Below, one piece after another: positions 1 to 8,665 of a stretch of DNA of 64,000 bases. The first letter of the stretch is position 1. Every line of letters starts with the position of its first letter. The notes beneath the pieces were generated by a model. That model ran no database searches. It had not been told where the DNA came from and saw only the letters and a list, made by a program, of their open reading frames with translations. The stretch is from an uncultured Planctomycetia bacterium (GTDB taxonomy: Bacteria > Omnitrophota > Gorgyraeia > 2-02-FULL-51-18). Location: the NCBI GenBank assembly GCA_964402785.1, contig CAYODQ010000002.1:5763-69762 (forward strand), read 5' to 3'. The translations under genes and the position numbers were made by a program.

Positions 1-1074
1 GACCTTTTGACCATCGATACTAACGGCACCTTGTTCAATTAGCCGCTTCGCTTCCGATGTCGAAGTAACAGCACCAGCACGTTTTAGGAGTTCGGCTATC
101 CATATCTCTTTCTCAGTAATCTTCAACTCCTCCGGCTTCTCCGGCGCCTCTTTATTACTGAAGACGCGCGTAAACTCCCCCGCCTGCTCCTCCGCCGCCT
201 TTTGCCCATGAAGCTCTGCCGTCAAGATCTTAGCCAGCTTCACCTTCGCATCCCGCGGATGCATGGACGCATCAAATTTTTCATGGGTTAAAAGGTCGTA
301 ATAGGATTTCATAAGCGTGTCGGGAATAGACATCGCCTTTCCGAATACATCCTTGGGGGTGTCGTGGACACCGATATAGTTACCGTAGGACTTGGACATC
401 TTCTGCGTGCCATCGAGGCCTACGAGAAGCGGCATGGTCATGACGACTTGTGGGCGCTGTGCGAAATCTTTTTGGAGATTGCGGCCCATGAGGAGATTGA
501 ATTTCTGGTCGGTGCCGCCTAGCTCGATGTCGGCCTTCACGATGACCGAGTCATAGCCCTGGATCAGCGGATACAGCATCTCTTTGATGGAGATGGGATG
601 ATTGCCGGCCATGCGCTTCTCGAAATCATCGCGCTCCAGGATACGTGCGACGGTGGCGAGTGGTGCTATCTTTGACAAAAACTCGGTGAACATCATCTTG
701 CCGAACCAGTCGCTGTTACGGACGATCTCTATCTTCTTGGGATCGCGATCCAGGATCTTAAAAGCCTGCTCGGTGTAGGTTTTGGCATTGGACTCGACTT
801 CTTTCTCGGAGAGTGCGGGCCTGGTCTGGCTGCGGCCGGTGGGGTCGCCTATCATGGCGGTGAAATCACCCACGATGAACACGACCTTATGTCCCATATC
901 CTGGAACTCACGGAGCTTTCTTAAGAGCACAGTGTGGCCCAGATGGATGTCGGGTGCTGAGGGGTCAAAACCAGCTTTGACACGCAGAGGTTTACCCTCT
1001 TTGAGGCGGGCTTCCAGATCAGCTCGGTCTATGACATCAACGGCGTTACGACAAAGAATTTCAATGGGATTCAT
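1..1074 (-). CDS. tyrS: tyrosyl-tRNA synthetase, partial (C-terminal end lies beyond window start)
   Basis: Manual minus-strand translation from the ATG at 1072-1074: MNPIEILCRNAVDVIDRADLEARLKEGKPLRVKAGFDPSAPDIHLGHTV (HIGH motif), a KMSKS motif, and an S4-like end AKRLIEQGAVSIDGQKV. The ORF runs off the window edge, so it is missing from the ORF track. Confidence 0.85.
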   Translation of the reverse strand, partial: MNPIEILCRNAVDVIDRADLEARLKEGKPLRVKAGFDPSAPDIHLGHTVLLRKLREFQDMGHKVVFIVGDFTAMIGDPTGRSQTRPALSEKEVESNAKTYTEQAFKILDRDPKKIEIVRNSDWFGKMMFTEFLSKIAPLATVARILERDDFEKRMAGNHPISIKEMLYPLIQGYDSVIVKADIELGGTDQKFNLLMGRNLQKDFAQRPQVVMTMPLLVGLDGTQKMSKSYGNYIGVHDTPKDVFGKAMSIPDTLMKSYYDLLTHEKFDASMHPRDAKVKLAKILTAELHGQKAAEEQAGEFTRVFSNKEAPEKPEELKITEKEIWIAELLKRAGAVTSTSEAKRLIEQGAVSIDGQKV

Positions 1075-1107
1075 GGGGAATACTATAACACGGGAGGTAT
1101 AAATAAC

Positions 1108-1135
1108 GTAGGGGCAGCCCGAAGGCTACCCCTAC
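1108..1135. repeat. short GTAGGGG...CCCCTAC palindromic hairpin (short member of the repeat family also seen at 4010 and 20582), between tyrS start and rpsA stop
   Basis: gtaggggcagcc-cgaa-ggctacccctac forms a 12-bp stem with one mismatch and a CGAA tetraloop. It shares GTAGGGGC/CCCCTAC termini with the two longer elements. Confidence 0.5.
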
Positions 1136-1142
1136 GCTGGAA

Positions 1143-2750
1143 TTACTTCTGCGCGATGCCTTTTGTGGACAAAGCGATCTTCCTCTGAGGAAGATCGATC
1201 TTCACAATGCGCGCTTCAACTTTCTTGCCAACCGGGAAGGTTGTCTCGAGAAGCTGAGGGCTGGAAAGATCGGTTTCAGAAATATGCAAAAGACCTTCGA
1301 CGTCTTTTTCAATTTCCACGAACACACCGAAGCTAGCCACCTTGGTCACTTGTCCGAGGACGAGTGAGCCTTGTGACAACTTGGATGCGATCTCTTCCCA
1401 AGGATCGGTGATAAGCTGTTTCAAGCCAAGAGACAGCTTGTGGTTGACTTCGTCAACGACGAGAACCAACGCTTCCACTTCCTGGCCTTTTTTCAGCACA
1501 TCTTTAGGATGATTCACTTTGCGCGTCCATGACATATCGGACACGTGGATCAAACCATCGATGCCTTCTTCGAGCTCCACAAAAGCGCCGAACTCGGTCA
1601 GGTTGCGAACGGTACCCTTGACCTTGTTGCCCACTTTGTAGCGGTTCTCGACACCGGTCCACGGATTTTCACCCGTTTGCTTGATGCCCAGCGATATTTT
1701 TTCATGTTCTTTGTCAATATTGAGGACCATCACATCCACCGAATCGCCCGCTTTGAAAACTTCAGCAGGGTTGGTGATGCGCTTGGACCACGATATCTCA
1801 GAGACGTGCACAAGACCTTCAATGCCGCGCTCAAGCTCCACAAATACGCCGTAAGGCACCACATTCACGATGCGGCCTTTGGCCTTGGAGCCGATGGGAT
1901 ATCGCGTATCCACATGCGCCCAAGGATTGGCTTCGATTTGTTTTAAGCCCAGCGAAACACGCATGGTTTCCTTGTCAAAGGACAGGATCTTCACATCGAT
2001 CTTATCGCCCACTTTCACCAACTCAGACGGGTGATTCACACGTCCCCAGCTCATGTCGGTGATATGCAGAAGTCCATCGATGCCGCCAAGATTGATGAAC
2101 ACACCGAAGTCGGTGATGTTCTTGACGGTGCCTTTGCGGATGGAGCCGACTTCCAGCTCTTCCATGGTCTTGGCTTTGGATTCTTGTTTTTCTTTTTCGA
2201 GGAGATCCTTGCGTGAAACAATGATGTTTTTGCGGCTTGGATTGATCTTCACGATCTTAACTTGGATGGTTTGTCCGAGTAAGGAGTTGAGTGAACCAAA
2301 TCCTTTCAAGAACGCAAGAGACGCGGGCAAAAATGCTTCGACGCCGATGTCCATCATGAGTCCGCCCTTGACCTTGCGGGTCACGCGGCCTTCGATCGTA
2401 TCGCCTTCTTTGCAATTCTCAACCACACGATCCCAGCCCTGGCTTTTCTCCGCTTTCTTTTTGGAGAGCACCACACGGCCATGCTCGTTCTCGGTCTCTT
2501 CCAGAAGCACTTCGACTTCATCGCCCACTTTGAGTGACGACAATCCGTCGAATTCATACGAAGGCACCATGCCCTCAGACTTGAATCCGATATCGACAAT
2601 GACTTCTTTTTGACCTATGGACACAATGCGACCCTTGACCACGCGGCCTTGGGACAAATTGTGAAAGGTTTGTTCGTAGTTTATTTCGCTCCCGGATACA
2701 GCCAATTCATCAGCTTCATCCAAGAACGTTCTTTGTAGACCACTCGCCAT
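1143..2750 (-). CDS. rpsA: 30S ribosomal protein S1
   Basis: 535 aa with repeated S1 RNA-binding domains (recurring GxV.G.V..I..FGAFV motifs). RBS GGAGGAAGT precedes the ATG at 2750. Confidence 0.9.
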   Translation of the reverse strand: MASGLQRTFLDEADELAVSGSEINYEQTFHNLSQGRVVKGRIVSIGQKEVIVDIGFKSEGMVPSYEFDGLSSLKVGDEVEVLLEETENEHGRVVLSKKKAEKSQGWDRVVENCKEGDTIEGRVTRKVKGGLMMDIGVEAFLPASLAFLKGFGSLNSLLGQTIQVKIVKINPSRKNIIVSRKDLLEKEKQESKAKTMEELEVGSIRKGTVKNITDFGVFINLGGIDGLLHITDMSWGRVNHPSELVKVGDKIDVKILSFDKETMRVSLGLKQIEANPWAHVDTRYPIGSKAKGRIVNVVPYGVFVELERGIEGLVHVSEISWSKRITNPAEVFKAGDSVDVMVLNIDKEHEKISLGIKQTGENPWTGVENRYKVGNKVKGTVRNLTEFGAFVELEEGIDGLIHVSDMSWTRKVNHPKDVLKKGQEVEALVLVVDEVNHKLSLGLKQLITDPWEEIASKLSQGSLVLGQVTKVASFGVFVEIEKDVEGLLHISETDLSSPQLLETTFPVGKKVEARIVKIDLPQRKIALSTKGIAQK

Positions 2751-2825
2751 ACTTCCTCCATTACACGGATACGACGACCACTGGCCTAGGCCGCAGACTG
2801 TCGATTTACACCGAAACTTTTAAAA

Positions 2826-2906
2826 GTGCACCAGAGCACCGGCGCACCTGAGCACCAGCATCTCTAGGCTTTTTGGTGCCCTGGTGCCCTGGTGCCCTGG
2901 TGCTCC
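2826..2906. repeat. long imperfect hairpin made of 8-nt tandem repeats (GCACCNGN x4 / TGGTGCCC x4) around a 13-nt loop, with a T-run on the plus side
   Basis: Left arm gtgcaccagagcaccggcgcacctgagcaccagca. Right arm tggtgccctggtgccctggtgccctggtgctcc, approximately the reverse complement of the left arm. Followed by aaattttttttt. The plsC stop codon lies in the loop. Confidence 0.6.
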
Positions 2907-3601
2907 AAATTTTTTTTAAGCTGCTGGATATCTGTCATAATCTTCTGACTCACGGCCATGTATCCAGCTTCGCCTTCGCCCCATCCGCTCATCTCAGCCG
3001 GTATGAAAGGCTTTCCGTAACAAACTTTTATTTTCTTACACTTAAAACGTTTAGCACCTTTGGGGAAGGCTTCGTAACTGCCATCAATATAAACCGGCAC
3101 CACCCAAGCACCACTTTTCATGGCCAAAAATCCGACGCCGCCTTCTGGGTTTCGAAACTGCCCATCTTCCGAGCGCGTACCCTCAGGAAACACCGTGACA
3201 CAAGCGCCTTGTTTCAAAATACGTATCAAATCACGGATACTTTTAAAATCGGAAGCACTTTCGGACTTGATCGGATAAGCGCCGATCGAACGAAGCACCC
3301 AGCCCACAAAGCCATGCTTGAACAAATAATCTTTGGCCAAATACGTAACGCGCCGTTTGAGAGAAATACCCATCAGAGGCGGGTCGAGATAACTGGCGTG
3401 ATTGGGCGCCAATATCACCCCTCGTCCATCTCCGGGCAATGGCACCTGGCCAGCATCCAAATACGAGAATCTGAATAATACCTTATAGGTGATAAAAAGA
3501 ACAGCTTGGATCACACGGTAGACAAACTCACTGCCGCCGAAGGGGTTTTTGCTTTCTTTAGGCCCCACGAGCCTCTCCAAGAATGGCGAGGATTTTATCA
3601 A
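2864..3601 (-). CDS. plsC: 1-acyl-sn-glycerol-3-phosphate acyltransferase
   Basis: NHASYLDPP (HX4D acyltransferase motif) and FPEGTRS motif. The C-terminal residues ...TRAPGHQKA are encoded by the repeat hairpin. The start overlaps the cmk stop by ~44 nt, so the true start may be an internal alternative codon. Confidence 0.8.
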   Translation of the reverse strand: MIKSSPFLERLVGPKESKNPFGGSEFVYRVIQAVLFITYKVLFRFSYLDAGQVPLPGDGRGVILAPNHASYLDPPLMGISLKRRVTYLAKDYLFKHGFVGWVLRSIGAYPIKSESASDFKSIRDLIRILKQGACVTVFPEGTRSEDGQFRNPEGGVGFLAMKSGAWVVPVYIDGSYEAFPKGAKRFKCKKIKVCYGKPFIPAEMSGWGEGEAGYMAVSQKIMTDIQQLKKNLEHQGTRAPGHQKA

Positions 3602-4283
3602 CCGTCTGGGGTATTGTCAATGGCGTGGTGTCTAGGACAAGCGCTCCTTTGGCCACTTTGAGGGCGCCTGTTTTGCGCTTAGTATCTGTGGCATCACGGG
3701 TTAGGATCTCCCGGTAAACTTGGTTAAAAGTGGCCTTTTTGCCCTCCGCCAAGAGCTCTTTAAGCCTTCTGCGGGCGCGAAGCTTGGGATCGGCATCAAA
3801 ATAGAATTTGTAGTCCGCCTTGGGAAATACCACGCTTCCGATATCCCGGCCTTCCATGACAGCGCCGCTTTTGGCGCCCAGGATACGCTGCTTTCTGACC
3901 ATCTCCACTCTTATCTTGGGTTCGCGGGCTATGTAAAAAACATTTCGTGTTAATTCGGGCGTACGTATTGCCTTTGTTACGTCCTTACCATCCAAAAAAA
4001 CACGTTGCCCTGTAGGGGCAGGGCTTGTCCCTGCCCGCTTTCGGGCACCCACAAGGGGCGCCCCTACAAAACGAATTTTAATTTTTTTGGCGATTTGGAC
4101 TAAGGTTTTAACATCTTCCAGAGATACACCTTTTTGCATGGCCTTAAGCGTGACAGCGCGGTACATAGCACCCGTGTCGATGTACGGAAGTTTGAGCTTA
4201 ACGGCTAATGCTTTGGCGGTGGATGATTTGCCGCTTCCAGCCGGGCCATCGATGGCGATGATGAGTTTTTTCTTAACAGGCAT
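3558..4283 (-). CDS. cmk: cytidylate kinase carrying a ~20-aa in-frame insertion encoded by a palindromic repeat element
   Basis: IAIDGPAGSGKSSTAKALA P-loop matches Cmk. The likely start is M at 4283 (MPVKKKLIIAIDG); the longer ORF begins at 4319. The segment RFVGAPLVGARKRAGTSPAPTGQRVFLDGKDV has ~20 extra residues compared with E. coli Cmk (RFVSTNGNLEVILEGEDVS). Confidence 0.85.
   Translation of the reverse strand: MPVKKKLIIAIDGPAGSGKSSTAKALAVKLKLPYIDTGAMYRAVTLKAMQKGVSLEDVKTLVQIAKKIKIRFVGAPLVGARKRAGTSPAPTGQRVFLDGKDVTKAIRTPELTRNVFYIAREPKIRVEMVRKQRILGAKSGAVMEGRDIGSVVFPKADYKFYFDADPKLRARRRLKELLAEGKKATFNQVYREILTRDATDTKRKTGALKVAKGALVLDTTPLTIPQTVDKILAILGEARGA
4010..4068. repeat. ~59-nt palindromic repeat element (GTAGGGGC...GCCCCTAC family) inserted in frame within cmk
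   Basis: ccctgtaggggcagggcttgtccctgcccgctttcgggcacccacaaggggcgcccctaca contains nested stems GTAGGGGC/GCCCCTAC and GGCAGGG/CCCTGCC. It is clearly homologous to 20582-20644. Confidence 0.55.
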
Positions 4284-5130
4284 GCGGAGCGAGACGAAGT
4301 GAAACGGAATTGGCGGCACTAATGTATTTTTCTAACAAACGACCATTTTTTGAGACAAGCGCTTTTTTGAGAAGACGGATACTGGCCTCGTGCTCGACCA
4401 GTGATCTTAAGATCTCGGTTTTGTTGGACTGTAAAATATCCGCCCACAGCTTGGGGTCAGATTTAGAAAGCCTTGCGAGATCGCGTATGCTCGGATTACA
4501 AGCCTCCATGCCGAGCCGCGTCAAACGCTGAGCGCCGCCCGACTGAAAGAGTGAAAATGCCAGCACATGCGGAAGATGGCTCACGCGCGCCACCCACTCA
4601 TCGTGTTTCTCGGGTGTCAGAATATGTGTGTGAGCGCCGAGTGCGCGCCAAAATTTCTCGACCACAGGCTCATGGCGTGAGATAAAACATCCTGCCTTTT
4701 CAAATAGATCCGCATCCGCGTGCAATATCCCTGACTTTGCGCCGCCCGCCATGGGATGACAGCCAGTGAAATTAACGCCTTTGAGATATTTTTTGGCGGC
4801 TAGCTCGACCAACACTTTGGAGCTGGCGACATCGATGACATGTACGTCGGGCGAAAGATATTTTTTTAAGATCTTGATCTGCTGAATGATGGTCGAAACA
4901 GGAGCGCACAAGATCACAAGATCCGCATCTTTGACCCCTTCAGCCAAATTCATCGTAGCGCCCTGCAAGGCTCGGCGGCGAAATGCTTTGGCCACCGTGC
5001 TGCGCTGCCGCACCACACCCATCACAAGCTTGGCTAACTTTCGTTTGCGGATGGCAAGGCCTATGGATCCGCCGATAAGCCCAACACCCACGATAGCAAC
5101 TTTCTCGAACATCGGTTTATTAGCGGGCAT
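4273..5130 (-). CDS. tyrA: prephenate/arogenate dehydrogenase
   Basis: N-terminal Rossmann motif VAIVGVGLIGGSIGLA. Followed directly by hisC and pheA in an aromatic amino-acid cluster. Confidence 0.8.
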   Translation of the reverse strand: MPANKPMFEKVAIVGVGLIGGSIGLAIRKRKLAKLVMGVVRQRSTVAKAFRRRALQGATMNLAEGVKDADLVILCAPVSTIIQQIKILKKYLSPDVHVIDVASSKVLVELAAKKYLKGVNFTGCHPMAGGAKSGILHADADLFEKAGCFISRHEPVVEKFWRALGAHTHILTPEKHDEWVARVSHLPHVLAFSLFQSGGAQRLTRLGMEACNPSIRDLARLSKSDPKLWADILQSNKTEILRSLVEHEASIRLLKKALVSKNGRLLEKYISAANSVSLRLAPHAC

Positions 5131-6226
5131 GTGAGAGCACCTTTTTTAATTTGTAAAGAAATCGACGGTTGTCGGCCATCTTTCCGATCGTGACGCGTAA
5201 ATACGTATCCAGCCCCCAGCTGCCCATAGGCCGGACAATGATCCCCTCTTTGAGAAGCGACTCATACACAACTTTGGAGTCCCGCTTCAGATCGAATAAA
5301 ATAAAATTGGTGTACGTATCGACAAAACTCAGCCCCAGCTTGGTCAATTCGTTTTGAATGTATTTCCTGCCCTGCTCGACCGTCCGAATACTTTTTTTGA
5401 GAAAAACTTTGTCATCAAGCGCCGCGCAGGCTGCTTCTTGAGCCAGCAAATTCACATTGAATGGCTCACGCACTTTATTCAGCGTAAAAGCCAGGCTCTC
5501 GCTTGTCATCGCATAACCCACTCGAAGCCCGGCCAAACCATAAGCCTTTGAAAAAGTACGAGTCACAATGAGATTGGAAAAATGTTTGAGTAAATTGAGT
5601 GCGTTGGGATAGTCCTTGCGCGACTGGGCAAATTCACAATAAGCCTCATCCAACACCACCACCACATGTGAAGGCACCCTGTCCAAAAATGCGGACAGCC
5701 TCTTTGTCTCAATATAAGTCCCCACGGGATTGTCAGGGTTGGCGATAAATATAAGCTTGGTGCGCTCATTGATCTGTGAAGCCATGCCCTCGAGATCGTA
5801 CCGAAAAGTTTTCATGGGCACTTTGACAACACGGCCATTTTCAGCGGAGGATGCGATCTCATAGATCAGGAAAGTAGGGTCCGCAATGATCACCTCATCG
5901 CCCATCCCCACAAAAGCTCGCACGGCCATCACCAAAAGCTCATCAGAACCATTGCCAAATACCAGCTGCTCAGGCTTGAGATGCAAGGCGCGGCAAAGTT
6001 TCTGTCTCAGATAATAGCAGCCACCCTCGGGATAGCGGTGCACACGGCCCAATGCCTTACGCATCGCAGCGATGGCCTTAGGAGAAGCGCCCATGGCGTT
6101 TTCGTTGGATGCCATTTTGATGGCATTGCGGATCCCATAATCCCGCTCCAGCTCCTCAAGAGGCTTGCCGGGAACATAACTTTTGACCTGGCGGAGATTT
6201 TGCTTCGCCGATGGAAAAAGAGACAT
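5120..6226 (-). CDS. hisC: histidinol-phosphate / aromatic aminotransferase (class II PLP)
   Basis: 368 aa with the LASNENAMGASPKA motif typical of HisC-family aminotransferases. Confidence 0.8.
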   Translation of the reverse strand: MSLFPSAKQNLRQVKSYVPGKPLEELERDYGIRNAIKMASNENAMGASPKAIAAMRKALGRVHRYPEGGCYYLRQKLCRALHLKPEQLVFGNGSDELLVMAVRAFVGMGDEVIIADPTFLIYEIASSAENGRVVKVPMKTFRYDLEGMASQINERTKLIFIANPDNPVGTYIETKRLSAFLDRVPSHVVVVLDEAYCEFAQSRKDYPNALNLLKHFSNLIVTRTFSKAYGLAGLRVGYAMTSESLAFTLNKVREPFNVNLLAQEAACAALDDKVFLKKSIRTVEQGRKYIQNELTKLGLSFVDTYTNFILFDLKRDSKVVYESLLKEGIIVRPMGSWGLDTYLRVTIGKMADNRRFLYKLKKVLSHAR

Positions 6227-6227
6227 A

Positions 6228-7304
6228 TTACTCCGCTTTGGGGTAAGAACCCAAGATCTTAAGAAACACGCAGTGGCGGCTCAGCACCGATAGAGCCTTT
6301 CGAACCTTGGCATCATCATGATGACCTTCCAGATCCACAAAGAAATAATAACTCCATACTTTCTTTTTGGACGGACGTGATTCGATCTTGGTCAAATTGA
6401 TCTTGGCTTTTTTGAACGGTGACAAAATATCATGCAAAGCGCCGGACTTGTCTTTGATCTCAAATAAAATAGAGGTCTTATCTTGCCGGGTAGGCCTCGC
6501 CTCACTGCGCGACACCACCAAGAAACGAGTGGTGTTGTTGGGGTTATCCTCGATGGATGAACCCAAGATCTTAAGGCCGTATTCATTGGCAGCTATCTGG
6601 GACGCGATACAAGCAATGCCTTTACGCTTGGGATCTTTGGCCACGATCTGCGCCGCTTCGGCCGTACTCGCCGTCTCCACGAGCTCTGCATTGCGAAGAT
6701 GAGACTCCAGCCACAAACGACACTGGCCAAACACCTGATCCTTTGAAAAAACCTGCTTGATATCCGGCACGACGGCCCCGGCGGACATGAGATAATGATG
6801 CACCGGCAAATAGATCTCGCCGAATATTTTAAGATCCGAAGCAATGAACATGTCCAGCGTATGATTGACGGCGCCTTCGGTCGAGTTTTCAACGGGCACC
6901 ACGCCATAGTCGCAGCGCTCCGCCTCAACATCCAAAAACACATCGGTGATACTGGCACAAGGAGCGTATTCGACGGATGATCCAAATTTTTTCTGCGCGG
7001 CCTGATGCGTGTACGTAACGGGCGGCCCGAGGTATGCGATCTTTACTTTTTTCTCAAGGCTGATCGAGAAAGACATGATCTCGCGATAGATAGCATCTAT
7101 GGCGCCGGGCGTCAAAAGGCCTTTGTTGAGCGCTTTGAGGCGCGTCAAAACTTCCTTCTCACGATGAGGCGCGTAAATGCTCTGGCGATCTTTGGCTTTT
7201 TCTTTGCCGATCTCAAGAGACGCGGCGGCTCGCTCGTTCAAAAGCTCGATGATCTTGGTGTCGATGCCGTCTATTTTTTTACGCAGATTCTGCAGGCTCA
7301 TCAC
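6228..7304 (-). CDS. pheA: bifunctional chorismate mutase / prephenate dehydratase (P-protein) with C-terminal ACT domain
   Basis: N-terminal chorismate-mutase-like LRKKIDGIDTKIIELLNERAAASLEIGKEK. A prephenate dehydratase core and ACT-like end (ILFEIKDKSGALHDIL) follow. Confidence 0.85.
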   Translation of the reverse strand: MMSLQNLRKKIDGIDTKIIELLNERAAASLEIGKEKAKDRQSIYAPHREKEVLTRLKALNKGLLTPGAIDAIYREIMSFSISLEKKVKIAYLGPPVTYTHQAAQKKFGSSVEYAPCASITDVFLDVEAERCDYGVVPVENSTEGAVNHTLDMFIASDLKIFGEIYLPVHHYLMSAGAVVPDIKQVFSKDQVFGQCRLWLESHLRNAELVETASTAEAAQIVAKDPKRKGIACIASQIAANEYGLKILGSSIEDNPNNTTRFLVVSRSEARPTRQDKTSILFEIKDKSGALHDILSPFKKAKINLTKIESRPSKKKVWSYYFFVDLEGHHDDAKVRKALSVLSRHCVFLKILGSYPKAE

Positions 7305-7926
7305 TCACGCTCGTTGGGTCTTGCTCGACTTCTCCCGAAGCTGCTTCTGCGATCTGAGCTCCTTCCTGCTTCATCTCGGCAGGCAAAAGACTAGGATCCA
7401 GATCTTTTAAAGTGTATTCGGATAAGGCCGGCAGCTCATTGATCGACTTGAGGCCAAATCGCTCCAAAAACTCCTGGGTTGTACCATACAGGATAGGACG
7501 GCCCGGCACGTCTTTTCGGCCGGTGATCTTGACCAGATTGCGCTCCAAAAGTGTTTTGACCGCACCATCCACGGCCACTCCGCGTATCGCTTCAATATCC
7601 GCGCGCGTGACAGGCTGTCTATAAGCAATAACGGACAAAGTCTCCAAAGCCGCCTGGGAAAATTTCTTCTTCTCGCGGGATTCATAAAAACGCTTCAGCG
7701 TATCAGCATACCGAATGTCGGACGCCACCTGATAACCGCCCGCGATCTCGTACAATTTGAATCCGCGGTTCAAAGTCTCGTATTCGTTTTGCAACGCCTC
7801 GATAGCCTCTTTGATCTCAGCCGTTGAGACGTCTCCCGAAAAACCAACTTTCATCTCTTCGGCAGAAAGTGGCCTCTCGCTTGCAAAAAGCAGCGCTTCG
7901 ATCGCATTTTTGAAATCATTATCCAT
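7279..7926 (-). CDS. scpB: segregation and condensation protein B
   Basis: AIEALLFASERPLS winged-helix motif. Adjacent to scpA. Confidence 0.85.
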   Translation of the reverse strand: MDNDFKNAIEALLFASERPLSAEEMKVGFSGDVSTAEIKEAIEALQNEYETLNRGFKLYEIAGGYQVASDIRYADTLKRFYESREKKKFSQAALETLSVIAYRQPVTRADIEAIRGVAVDGAVKTLLERNLVKITGRKDVPGRPILYGTTQEFLERFGLKSINELPALSEYTLKDLDPSLLPAEMKQEGAQIAEAASGEVEQDPTSVSDEPAESA

Positions 7927-8665
7927 GATCTTGGGATCCCTCCACCGGTTGAATCATCTTTTCGTTGCGTGAAATTTCAATTTCTCCAAATTGTTTATCT
8001 TGCATGGCCAGCACTTCTTTTAAACGGATCAGCTCCAGGATAGCCAAAAAAATAGTGATCGCCTCTACTTTGGTGCGTGCCCGTTCGAAGATCTGGCTAA
8101 AATAGATCTTGGGGGTGCGAGCGAGTTCATGAAAGATCTCATGCACTTTTTCGGCCACGGTGTACTCATCCCGCACCACCTCGTGATACACTTCCTTGGG
8201 GATACTTTTCAGGACTTTGTTAAAAGCCTCCAAAAGCTCGAACAGCGTGACATCTGCGATCGGAATATCCGCTGGTGAGATCTCGGGCTCTACGCCAAAA
8301 CGCCCAAAGATACCGCTTTGGATCTCTTCTTGGGCCTTGAGACGCTCAGCGGCCTCTTTGAAAGCTTTGTATTGCAGAAGACGGCGCACAAGCTCCGCAC
8401 GAGGATCCTCTTCGTCAGTTTCAATGCCCTCCGGATCCGGCGGAAGCAGCATCTTGGATTTGATATGCATCAGTGTGGCCGCCATCACCAAAAACTCTCC
8501 GGCAATATCCAGATCCAACATCTCCATCAAATTCAAATACTCGAGATATTGCTCGGTGATACGCGTCATGGGGATATCTGAGATGCTGAGCTCTTCCTTG
8601 CGGATCAAATGCAAAAGAAGATCCAGAGGCCCTTCGAACATCTCTAACTTAACTTTATAACTCAC
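7919..8665 (-). CDS. scpA: segregation and condensation protein A (kleisin)
   Basis: LEMFEGPLDLLLHLIRKEEL N-terminus is typical of ScpA. Confidence 0.85.
   Translation of the reverse strand: MSYKVKLEMFEGPLDLLLHLIRKEELSISDIPMTRITEQYLEYLNLMEMLDLDIAGEFLVMAATLMHIKSKMLLPPDPEGIETDEEDPRAELVRRLLQYKAFKEAAERLKAQEEIQSGIFGRFGVEPEISPADIPIADVTLFELLEAFNKVLKSIPKEVYHEVVRDEYTVAEKVHEIFHELARTPKIYFSQIFERARTKVEAITIFLAILELIRLKEVLAMQDKQFGEIEISRNEKMIQPVEGSQDHG

Noticed and set aside
2826-2906. Interpreting the octamer-repeat hairpin simply as the plsC rho-independent terminator
   Set aside because: It is followed by T-runs on both strands and could terminate transcription. However, its ~33-bp repeat-built stem, its composition shared with two other junctions, and the coding read-through make a plain terminator an incomplete explanation. 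It is kept as a repeat-family finding instead.
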